A stretch of DNA of 20,000 bases, taken from the IMG/VR virus record IMGVR_UViG_3300006752_004376; one strand, given 5' to 3'. The notes under the pieces were generated by a model that saw nothing but the letters and a program-made list of their open reading frames with translations, searched no databases and was not told the origin of the DNA. Positions 9,623 to 17,906 of the stretch are shown piece after piece. Made by a program: the position numbers and the translations under genes. Position 1 is the first letter of the stretch, and every line of letters begins with the position of its first letter. The DNA is from an uncultured virus (IMG/VR IMGVR_UViG_3300006752_004376) (taxonomy: Duplodnaviria > Heunggongvirae > Uroviricota > Caudoviricetes).

Positions 9623-9758
9623 TCTTTACCTGTAGTTCTAGATCTTCTAATTTACTTCTAAGTTTGTCAACAATTTTACTTGACACTTTTTCTTGTTCTG
9701 ATACAAATATTACTTGTCTCATTCTTTCAATTTCTTTGAGTAGTTTTACGTTATTCAT
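9615..9758 (-). CDS. Small hypothetical, probably helical/coiled-coil protein (47 aa)
   Basis: Fills the gap exactly. ATG at 9758 has an AGGAG RBS (TTAGGAGATAGTATAATG). The track's start at 9815 would overlap the upstream gene by 53 bp. Confidence 0.65.
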   Translation of the reverse strand: MNNVKLLKEIERMRQVIFVSEQEKVSSKIVDKLRSKLEDLELQVKND

Positions 9759-9762
9759 TATA

Positions 9763-11022
9763 CTATCTCCTAAATCCTTGGAAGAACTTTTGTTCTTGGT
9801 CTTGAATTCTATCATTGACTTTATCCATACCTTCTAATTTTAAACCAGTATGTTCTTTAATCATTGACTTTAACGTAACGTCTTTAGGATATCGTTCTTC
9901 AATATCCCTAGTATATTTTCTCATCTTAGAGTATTCTCTAGCATTGTATGGATTATTTTCTATCCATGTTATAAACCTTTCCATTTCTGGAAACCATTCA
10001 TATGCGTCTTTTAGTCTTTTAATTATTGCATCTCTATATTCTTCTGGCCAGACACTAGGCTTTAAGTACTTAGGTGTATGTAATATATTAGCCGTGATAA
10101 ATTTTAAGTTAATAGGACTGTCTTTCCAAAACTGATAAAAGTCTGGCATATGAAATGCATTATGAGCTTGTACTGTAACACCAACTGCTAAATCAATTGA
10201 TGGTTCAGAATCTAATACCATCATGTTGGCATATACATTATCCCAATCTCCGTCTTGTCTAATATAATTATATACATCTCCAATTCCATCCATACTTACT
10301 TTAATATTTGTATGCTGAAACTGTTTCCATATTTTAACTAAGTCATAGTTTTTAAATTTAATATGGCTCAGATTAGTTGCATAACGTAATCTGATTTTAT
10401 GTCTAATTGATTCGGGTATCCCTTCAAGTAAGTCATAATGTTCTTGGTTAATTATTGGTTCACCTCCAGTAAATTGTAGTGTATGAACATCATTCCATAG
10501 ATCCGGCCATTCATTTAGACTTGCGAATAAATCCGTAGGTCGTAAAAGTCTAGTTTCGTAGCCATCTTTTGTATACTTACTAATTATATCTAAGTCTTTT
10601 ACACGTTTATAACTACTGTGTGTACTGCACATAATACATTTTAAATTGCAAAAGTTACTTACTTTAAGTTCTACCCACATAGGCTTATTTTCAACGCTAT
10701 AATCATCGTTGACTTGTATGATATCTGAGAAAGTTTCCCAATTATCTTTTTCCCATTGTTGACGATTGCTTACGATGCCACTATCTTCGTTATGCCAGCA
10801 CACTGAACAGCGTTCTGGTCTTTCGTCCTCTGCCAAAGCACGTCTCAGCTCTTTATAATTTTTATTATTCCAGCTTTCAAGAGCTGTCTCACCTGGATTA
10901 TTCAATGGGGTTTCCTGTGCCTCACAACACGGCACAAGGTCTCCACCTGCTGTTCCATAAATGTGCATGTATGGTAACATACAGAATGTTTTACTATTTT
11001 TTAATTTATCTTTGTTTATCAT
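9763..11022 (-). CDS. Radical SAM protein with N-terminal twitch/SPASM-like domain
   Basis: FCMLPY...GDLVPCC...CSVCW, then CNLKCIMC, TGGEP, YATNLS, SMDG...YIRQ. Confidence 0.93.
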   Translation of the reverse strand: MINKDKLKNSKTFCMLPYMHIYGTAGGDLVPCCEAQETPLNNPGETALESWNNKNYKELRRALAEDERPERCSVCWHNEDSGIVSNRQQWEKDNWETFSDIIQVNDDYSVENKPMWVELKVSNFCNLKCIMCSTHSSYKRVKDLDIISKYTKDGYETRLLRPTDLFASLNEWPDLWNDVHTLQFTGGEPIINQEHYDLLEGIPESIRHKIRLRYATNLSHIKFKNYDLVKIWKQFQHTNIKVSMDGIGDVYNYIRQDGDWDNVYANMMVLDSEPSIDLAVGVTVQAHNAFHMPDFYQFWKDSPINLKFITANILHTPKYLKPSVWPEEYRDAIIKRLKDAYEWFPEMERFITWIENNPYNAREYSKMRKYTRDIEERYPKDVTLKSMIKEHTGLKLEGMDKVNDRIQDQEQKFFQGFRR

Positions 11023-12142
11023 GATACTCTAATATACTCTCAAACTTAGGAGCCATACTTAAACTTTGTTTCCTATGCTGTAAGATCCTTTTTAGTTGCG
11101 AACGATACATTATACTATTATCTTTTTTACTATGTGTACTACATAATTTTTTTAATAGTTTGTATGCATTTTTAAATTTACCTTCGTTCTTATTAAATCC
11201 TCCAAATTGTTGTTCAACAATCATATCTAATGTTTCTTTATACCAATCCGGCCAGTGCTCTATACTTAAATAGTGTGGCTCATATACCGTCTGTAGTATA
11301 ACATCTATTCCTTTATGAACTCTTGCCCAATGTATAAACTCGTGTAACTGTGGAGCATTAATAACGCTTACAGTGGTGGCTGTAGCTATATTTAAGCGTC
11401 CTGTAGCGTCTCTAAGCTCTATCCACTTGTCAAGTGTTGCTTCAATCTTATCCCATCTACTAGGGTAACGTAGCAGGTTATTTGTAGTTCCTACACCGTC
11501 AATACTAGGACTTAACCTAATATGTTTAAATTTCATTAATGCATTAAGTTCTAATTTAGCAGGAAACCATGTACAGTTTGTAAATATTTCTAAATCAATT
11601 TGTTCTGCTAATCCACTGTCTGCTAGTCTAACAACCAAATTCAAAAATTGTTTGTGTAAAAAAGGTTCACCTCCTGTTACTTTAATAAACTTAACATGTT
11701 TTAATTTGTCTAAATCAATATTATCTAAATCATACTCTTGAACTTCTTTTAATTTATCAATATGGTGTTCATTGCTAATGCCCAACGCAAGTTCATCTTT
11801 GTCCCATGTGTGACTAAACTCACTACCGCAACTTAGACATGCTAAGTTACAAAGTCTACCTACGGTTATTTCTAAATACTCTAGTCTTATTGTATCTGTG
11901 AAGTCGTTAAAAAATTCATCAGCTTCTGTTCTCATACTGCTACCTTTAACTTCTTCATCTGACTTACACTTATAACAACCCTCATGCCATTCGTTACGCA
12001 TCATAGTTTCACGTATTTCATTAAATCCTTTTCCTTTTAAAAATCTAGTATGAAACCTACAACAAGGAGTCGCAGGTTGTCCATGCATAAGCATTTCAGC
12101 TTTGAATGGATACACACAAGCATTACTAGGAAGTTTATTCAA
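11006..12142 (-). CDS. Radical SAM protein with shortened N-terminal twitch/SPASM-like domain
   Basis: ACVYPF...ATPCC...CYKCK, then CNLACLSC, TGGEPF, FTNCT, SIDG...LLRYP. Confidence 0.92.
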   Translation of the reverse strand: MNKLPSNACVYPFKAEMLMHGQPATPCCRFHTRFLKGKGFNEIRETMMRNEWHEGCYKCKSDEEVKGSSMRTEADEFFNDFTDTIRLEYLEITVGRLCNLACLSCGSEFSHTWDKDELALGISNEHHIDKLKEVQEYDLDNIDLDKLKHVKFIKVTGGEPFLHKQFLNLVVRLADSGLAEQIDLEIFTNCTWFPAKLELNALMKFKHIRLSPSIDGVGTTNNLLRYPSRWDKIEATLDKWIELRDATGRLNIATATTVSVINAPQLHEFIHWARVHKGIDVILQTVYEPHYLSIEHWPDWYKETLDMIVEQQFGGFNKNEGKFKNAYKLLKKLCSTHSKKDNSIMYRSQLKRILQHRKQSLSMAPKFESILEYHDKQR

Positions 12143-12587
12143 TCGCTTCTCCTATTTGAATAGCATACCATTTACCATCTCGTTCTATTGCAAACTGTCC
12201 GTCTACACAACCTAATTTAACTGATTGTATAGATAGTGTACCATTAACTTGTACTCCTGTTTTCATATTACCAGACATTATAGGTGGAGTCATTTTACTA
12301 CCCGGAATGCCCTTGCCTAGTCCAATTCTAAATTCATTTCCATTTTCAGTTTTAATACCTTGCCATCTAACCATAATAGTTGGTTCAGTATTTAATTTTG
12401 TGTATTGATAACTCTGCGTTACACTTACACCCATTTCGTTTCCTTCAATTTCGCTTACAGAATCTATTACATTCTGCCAAAGAATATCTTCACAATTATT
12501 TGGGCCTATGTTATCAAATACCATGTGGGCTCTAATTGGATACTGCCCAGTTGTTGTTAAGTTAATAGGGGTATCAAATGTTGTCAT
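12135..12587 (-). CDS. Hypothetical protein (150 aa, predicted beta-rich)
   Basis: Overlaps both neighbours (8 and 14 bp). Gly/Thr/Ile-rich with alternating hydrophobic pattern; no recognised catalytic motif. Confidence 0.7.
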   Translation of the reverse strand: MTTFDTPINLTTTGQYPIRAHMVFDNIGPNNCEDILWQNVIDSVSEIEGNEMGVSVTQSYQYTKLNTEPTIMVRWQGIKTENGNEFRIGLGKGIPGSKMTPPIMSGNMKTGVQVNGTLSIQSVKLGCVDGQFAIERDGKWYAIQIGEAIE

Positions 12588-13515
12588 AAAAGTTTCCTTT
12601 GGTCTTATAACGTTTTAATGCTTTTGCAATATTAATTCTATTATAATAATCATCTCTGTGAAATTCGTCGTATTCTGTAGCTCTAGGAGCCAATGCTATA
12701 TGTATTGTATTTGTTTCTTCGAATCCATAATGCTCACATACTGCTTTATGTGCTTTTAAATATTTGTTAGGAATAGTATCAGGACTAAATTCATCCATCA
12801 GTCTATTAGCAATAGCTGTTGCTAAATGATTTCCATGATTCCAATCTGTTTGTACTTCTAAGCTACCGTCAGTTTCACGTTTAAATCCTTTTTCGTTTAT
12901 TCTACTAAACACAATTCCACTACGCCAATTACCGCAACTTAATCCTTTTGTAGTACTGAATGCTACCATCTTAATACAAGGTTCATCTAAGTTTATATCA
13001 ATACCGTGGCAAGTACCAAACCATGCACAATCTATCATTACTGGAATATCTAATCTGTTACATGTTTTTATTAGGTCTTCCCATTTCTCTGGAATCTTAC
13101 CTGTGCCACTGAATGGAACACTTACTACTACTGCATCGCCTTTTGTTAACCCAGCGTCTTCTATACAGTCATCCCAACCTAATTGCTTTGTTAAATATAC
13201 ATCTCTATGATATGGGTATTCACCTCTAAGTATTTTAAGATCAAAATTATTCACTGCACAATAATAATGCCACCAGTCTAATGCTTGAGTAGTTCCTACA
13301 CTTGCATAACGCATTGGAAAATTATCTAGTCCTCTAAAACTATTCAGTTTACTACTTTCAATCCATCCTTGGTATTTGTCTAAAAATATATTTGATTCAT
13401 CTGCTAACGTTGCTATATCAATGTTAGGAAAAAATGTTTCATTTAAGTGATCAAAATATGGTTGATTCCAAACACTGTTTCCGCTTTTTCCAAAGTCGGG
13501 ATTATTATTGCTCAT
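12574..13515 (-). CDS. PLP-dependent fold type I enzyme (aminotransferase class I/II-like, compact)
   Basis: VMIDCAW (DxA pyridine-binding Asp) and FSTTKGLSCGNWRSG (SxxK...RxG with Schiff-base Lys). 313 aa. Confidence 0.8.
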   Translation of the reverse strand: MSNNNPDFGKSGNSVWNQPYFDHLNETFFPNIDIATLADESNIFLDKYQGWIESSKLNSFRGLDNFPMRYASVGTTQALDWWHYYCAVNNFDLKILRGEYPYHRDVYLTKQLGWDDCIEDAGLTKGDAVVVSVPFSGTGKIPEKWEDLIKTCNRLDIPVMIDCAWFGTCHGIDINLDEPCIKMVAFSTTKGLSCGNWRSGIVFSRINEKGFKRETDGSLEVQTDWNHGNHLATAIANRLMDEFSPDTIPNKYLKAHKAVCEHYGFEETNTIHIALAPRATEYDEFHRDDYYNRINIAKALKRYKTKGNFYDNI

Positions 13516-14755
13516 ATAACTGTAACTCCTTAATTAGTTTAAATGTGTCTGTGCCACGTAATCTATCTAAATCTTTTGTGTACTTAACAAACCATTTCCA
13601 TTGTTTTTCTTGTTCTTCTTCATTTACTTCTACTTGTAAGCCATCTCTAATAGCATGTATTCCTGTTTGATAATGTATCTCATCAGCATGGTAACTTCCC
13701 TTTGGCCAAATACTTTGATCTGGTATTTGTAATAACTTGTCATACATTGTCCATTTTAATACATCTGGCATATATGCAATATTAAGATATGTAGGATTTA
13801 CTACTACATTGCTCATACTAATACTTGCTCTGTGCATATGTTTTTCTTTAAACCAATCCCATACTTTATCTAAACCAAATACATTAGTAAGCATAACTGT
13901 AACAGCAAATACAACTTCAATATTATTATATGTATAAAACTTTTCTATATTTTCTTCTAATTGTTCAAAAGTATAAGACCCGCCGCGTACTACGCTATAT
14001 AATTCATCTACTGCCTCAATACTAATAAGTAATTCAATATGTTTAAAGTGTTTAAATATTTCTTGGAAATCATCATCAAATACTGTAGCATTAGTACTTA
14101 TATCTAACATAATGTTCTTTGCTAAACCTTGATCAATAAACCATTGTAATATTGCTTTGCAACTTTCATCGTACAACGGCTCTCCACCTCGCAATGCTAC
14201 CCACTGTAGGTTACGAAAGTAATCCGGGTCAGCAAATAAATTATCAAGGAATGTCATATCTTCTACACCGTGATATCCTATTTGTGCTTGCTTCCAATAA
14301 TCAGGCTTTTCTTTGTTTAATTTTTTTCCGTCTTTGGTCCAACCTGTACTTACAAAAGGATTACAATGTATGCATGCTAAATTACATTTGTTACTGATAG
14401 TAAAATCTAAATAACGTATGTCTGGTTTACTTGTAGCACTATTTTTAATACTTCCTTTTTTAACGTCAACATCTAATTTATCCCAGAAATACATTCTACG
14501 GCTTTTTCCACTTTGTTCTTTTTTAGTACATGCTAAACATGCTGGTGGTACTATTCTATCTGCATGTGACTTTCTAAGTGAAACTGCTTCTTCGCTATTC
14601 AATATCTCTGGTAGTGTTTGTTTTGTAATATTTCCAAACTTGCCATTATATATAATGTCAGGTAATACGTTACCTCCCCACTTAATAGTCAATGCATTCC
14701 AGGGTGCAAGACATGTAGGAAATCTATGATCATCTAACATAGGATTTTTATACAT
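13505..14755 (-). CDS. Radical SAM protein with variant N-terminal twitch/SPASM-like domain
   Basis: TCLAPW...GNVLPDI...CLACT, then CNLACIHC, RGGEP, STNAT, SIEA. Start moved to ATG 14755 (TAATG coupling with the upstream stop); the track starts at 14773. Confidence 0.9.
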   Translation of the reverse strand: MYKNPMLDDHRFPTCLAPWNALTIKWGGNVLPDIIYNGKFGNITKQTLPEILNSEEAVSLRKSHADRIVPPACLACTKKEQSGKSRRMYFWDKLDVDVKKGSIKNSATSKPDIRYLDFTISNKCNLACIHCNPFVSTGWTKDGKKLNKEKPDYWKQAQIGYHGVEDMTFLDNLFADPDYFRNLQWVALRGGEPLYDESCKAILQWFIDQGLAKNIMLDISTNATVFDDDFQEIFKHFKHIELLISIEAVDELYSVVRGGSYTFEQLEENIEKFYTYNNIEVVFAVTVMLTNVFGLDKVWDWFKEKHMHRASISMSNVVVNPTYLNIAYMPDVLKWTMYDKLLQIPDQSIWPKGSYHADEIHYQTGIHAIRDGLQVEVNEEEQEKQWKWFVKYTKDLDRLRGTDTFKLIKELQLYEQ

Positions 14756-15819
14756 TATGCCTGAACTCCACAATTCTGTCTACAAATCTGCCACTTTGCA
14801 TTTTTAACTTTTAATTTTAAATGCTCATTATACCAATCAGAACTTAATATATCATATAAACTACTATGCTTTAAATTATTATCTATTCTCGCTTGTGGAA
14901 CAGTATCATCTACTTCACTCATATCTGTCTTTTTCATTTTAATGCCAAACATACTAACATGACAACAGGGCCATATTGTACCCCATGGATCTATTTGTAC
15001 TTCTCCTGCATTATACCAAGGACATTTTGTTTTGTGTTCATCACTGTTATCCATATAATCATCATACATATCATTAATAGTTAATATTTGATGTGTAGAT
15101 GGCGATAAACTTCTAATAGGATCATCTCTTAAAACATATCTACTTTCGGGTATATCTTTAGATGCTACGATTTCGTATTCTTCGTCTTTATCTTTAATTT
15201 GCATATGCTTTGAATGACTTTCCCTTATGTCTAATCCATTTACTCCTAGTTCTTTTGCAAGCTCTTTTATTTGTTCATGTTGGTGTTCGTTATGTTTAAA
15301 CATTGTAAATTTTATAACTGCATGTCCATCTGCTTTTACAAAACTTTTAATATTTTCTATAATTTTATTAAAGTCTGTTTTCCTACGATATATACTGTGT
15401 GTATCTTCTAAACCATCAATTGAAAAATCAACTTTGTGATTAGGAAACTTACGCATTATACTAGCAAGATCATACCAAAACTTTGGTCCTCTCATACTGC
15501 CATTTGTTGAAATAGCAGGAATACTCATTGGATGTGCTTCATACCATATTTGCATCATTTCAATTAGATGTGGATGCATCATTGGATCGCCCCAATTACC
15601 ATTTAATGTAAGTTTACGTATCCAATATTTTTTAGTATCTTTATTAGCTATACGTTTCCATAGATTTAGGTCAAAATGATCCAACGGCAAATCAGCATCT
15701 GTTTCACCGCCATCATTATTTCGTATACATGCTCCGCATCTGGCATTGCAATGACTACTGATATCTATTTGCAAAGAAGTCACTTGCTTATGCCATTGCA
15801 TTACATTTAATTTAGACAT
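14755..15819 (-). CDS. Radical SAM protein with C-terminal twitch/SPASM domain
   Basis: CNARCGAC, NGNWGDP, STNGS, SIDGL; C-terminal KCPW...IDPWGTIWPCCH...CRQNCG. Confidence 0.92.
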   Translation of the reverse strand: MSKLNVMQWHKQVTSLQIDISSHCNARCGACIRNNDGGETDADLPLDHFDLNLWKRIANKDTKKYWIRKLTLNGNWGDPMMHPHLIEMMQIWYEAHPMSIPAISTNGSMRGPKFWYDLASIMRKFPNHKVDFSIDGLEDTHSIYRRKTDFNKIIENIKSFVKADGHAVIKFTMFKHNEHQHEQIKELAKELGVNGLDIRESHSKHMQIKDKDEEYEIVASKDIPESRYVLRDDPIRSLSPSTHQILTINDMYDDYMDNSDEHKTKCPWYNAGEVQIDPWGTIWPCCHVSMFGIKMKKTDMSEVDDTVPQARIDNNLKHSSLYDILSSDWYNEHLKLKVKNAKWQICRQNCGVQA

Positions 15820-15820
15820 A

Positions 15821-16264
15821 TTATCTCCAAGGTAAAATAGTCATGCCCACTAAATTGAAAACTAATTCTATTAATCCTATTGCAATTACAGCACGAACAA
15901 CTTGGAACAATAACCATTTCCATCCTGTTAACGAACCTTCCTTTTTATCTAACCACTTTCTAAATCTAGAGTTTTCAGCTTTTTCTTGTAGTCCTGTTTT
16001 GTCTGAAATCTTTTGTGCGGCTTCTGCGGCCCACCAATTTGGTGTTAGCCAATCTTTTACCATGTTAGCATACTTGTGAAAAATTCTATACTGTTCTCTG
16101 TATACCCATAAAAAATAAAGGATACCAACAATTAGCGAAGTCATCATAATTATATCTACAATGTAGTAACAACTATCGCCAAAGCAGGTTTCGTATGCAA
16201 AACCAAATTGCCACATCAGCAACCAAGGTAACGCCAATCCAAACCATGCTAGAACATGCTTCAT
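15821..16264 (-). CDS. Hypothetical membrane protein (about 3 hydrophobic segments)
   Basis: Hydrophobic runs VLAWFGLALPWLLMWQFGF, IVDIIMMTSLIVGILYFLWVY and WLLFQVVRAVIAIGLIELVFNLVGMTIL. Start at 16264 gives TAATG coupling; 16279 is the alternative. Confidence 0.7.
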   Translation of the reverse strand: MKHVLAWFGLALPWLLMWQFGFAYETCFGDSCYYIVDIIMMTSLIVGILYFLWVYREQYRIFHKYANMVKDWLTPNWWAAEAAQKISDKTGLQEKAENSRFRKWLDKKEGSLTGWKWLLFQVVRAVIAIGLIELVFNLVGMTILPWR

Positions 16265-16494
16265 TAATCTTCTACCCATTCTTTTATCTCAATCATACTC
16301 ATTAATTTTCTTTTTGCTTCATTAATATTTCTGGCATATATCCATGCAGTACCAAATCCATGAAATTCGTCTACTCTGTTTATTTCTAATGCTATATTTT
16401 CGGCACCTGTCTTTCTCATTAATAAAGGACTAGGACATGTAAATTTTATAACATGTACTTTGTCTTTAAATTTTAATTCTACTACATCACCCAT
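16264..16494 (-). CDS. Small hypothetical protein (76 aa)
   Basis: ATG at 16494 overlaps the upstream stop (ATGGGTGA) and follows GAGGA. Reads MGDVVELKFKDK... and fills the gap exactly. Confidence 0.7.
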   Translation of the reverse strand: MGDVVELKFKDKVHVIKFTCPSPLLMRKTGAENIALEINRVDEFHGFGTAWIYARNINEAKRKLMSMIEIKEWVED

Positions 16495-17560
16495 TGATAT
16501 AATCCTCACATTCACCTTCTCTTACAATGTCGCTTGTAAGACAGTGAATTCCACCGTCCCAAAAATACTGGTGTCTAAATTTCCAATATATTGGTTCAAT
16601 TCCATGTGCTTCCATTTCTGCGAAAGCTATTTCATTTTTTCCTGTACAAATTACTGTGTTCTCATCTAGGGATAATACATTAACATCAAACACACTTTCA
16701 TCTGGACAGCCTACCCAATGTTCTAACCATTTACTTACATATTCTTTATGAAACCTACGTTTACGAGTTTGTTGAAAATCATCAGGCATATCAAAATCAT
16801 CTGCTACTTCAATTATATGCCAATTTTTCATTTCTTCAGGAACCCAATTACGATTCCAAGTCATTAGTACGCCAGGCTTTAGTAGAGCTATCTTGCCGTC
16901 GATATGTCCTCCAACTGGAATGTCCAAAAATTCGGTATTAGGATATCGCAACTTTATTTCACGTTGAATCCATTCACGGCCCAGTTCCGTGCCCTTACCA
17001 CGTTTGTTATCGCCTTCATACGGCTGGCTGAATAACACATGGCGTCCACACTTTATCATATTTGCCGCATGATAAAGTACTCTGTCGTTAGCAACAAAGT
17101 GATCATATTTCATCCCACTCTCTACAAGCACGCCTGGCATACTAACCCAATCTGCACCTTCACGAAACCACTGCGAACAATGTTCATAATATGCAAGATT
17201 TTCAAAGTAGCGATTATCACTACCTGTAAACAGTTCAAAAATACTATTACCGTAAGGCATTAGTGTATCACGTGGCATTAATGGGTGGTTAGGAAAACCA
17301 CAATGCATCCATGGTAATTGAATCTGTTCTTCACCTGTGATTGTAAATATATTCTTTGGACGTATTACTTCTATACCTCTGTCCGTTAATATCCCCTCCA
17401 GCACTTTTAGGTCCTCTGCTGTTTCTGTAAAGATCTGACGCATAACGTCACGAGTCTCTTGGTCCTTATGCCAATCAAATGTTTCAGGTGGAAATGGTGC
17501 TCCTAGCACAACCTTTTTTAAAGGCTGGAATTCGCTCCATGCGTTAACTGATTTATTCAT
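16487..17560 (-). CDS. Amidinotransferase (glycine/inosamine-phosphate amidinotransferase family, pentein fold)
   Basis: VNAWSEFQPLKKVVLG N-terminus, MPRD, GHIDG, FDVNVLSLD, C-terminal GGIHCLT. Confidence 0.9.
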   Translation of the reverse strand: MNKSVNAWSEFQPLKKVVLGAPFPPETFDWHKDQETRDVMRQIFTETAEDLKVLEGILTDRGIEVIRPKNIFTITGEEQIQLPWMHCGFPNHPLMPRDTLMPYGNSIFELFTGSDNRYFENLAYYEHCSQWFREGADWVSMPGVLVESGMKYDHFVANDRVLYHAANMIKCGRHVLFSQPYEGDNKRGKGTELGREWIQREIKLRYPNTEFLDIPVGGHIDGKIALLKPGVLMTWNRNWVPEEMKNWHIIEVADDFDMPDDFQQTRKRRFHKEYVSKWLEHWVGCPDESVFDVNVLSLDENTVICTGKNEIAFAEMEAHGIEPIYWKFRHQYFWDGGIHCLTSDIVREGECEDYING

Positions 17561-17906
17561 GTGTATCCTTATTTAAAGTCTTTTGAATGAACTTTGTTCC
17601 TGTGCGATGTATATCTGGTCCTATTTCACCTTGTCTACCACATGCACTTTTGCAAATTGAAAAAGGTGTAGTTGTATTCCAACTATCCTCAATACGTTGA
17701 TATTCTTTGCTAGTATTTATTTGATCTATACTCTGTCCACTTGTAATATGTATATTTTTTACATCTTCTCCTAAGAACAACGATAGTTTATCCATAGCAT
17801 GTTGACTATTCATATGACAGCATGGCACAACATACCCATCAAATCTCATAGACATTGCTTCTGAATTAGCACCTGGTCCTACTACTTTGCATTTAGGATA
17901 TATCAT
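17553..17906 (-). CDS. Stand-alone twitch/SPASM-like Fe-S binding domain protein
   Basis: PKC...RFDGYVVPCCH...ICKSACG mirrors the C-terminal domain of 14755..15819. 14-bp overlap with the upstream radical SAM core gene. Confidence 0.8.
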   Translation of the reverse strand: MIYPKCKVVGPGANSEAMSMRFDGYVVPCCHMNSQHAMDKLSLFLGEDVKNIHITSGQSIDQINTSKEYQRIEDSWNTTTPFSICKSACGRQGEIGPDIHRTGTKFIQKTLNKDTHE

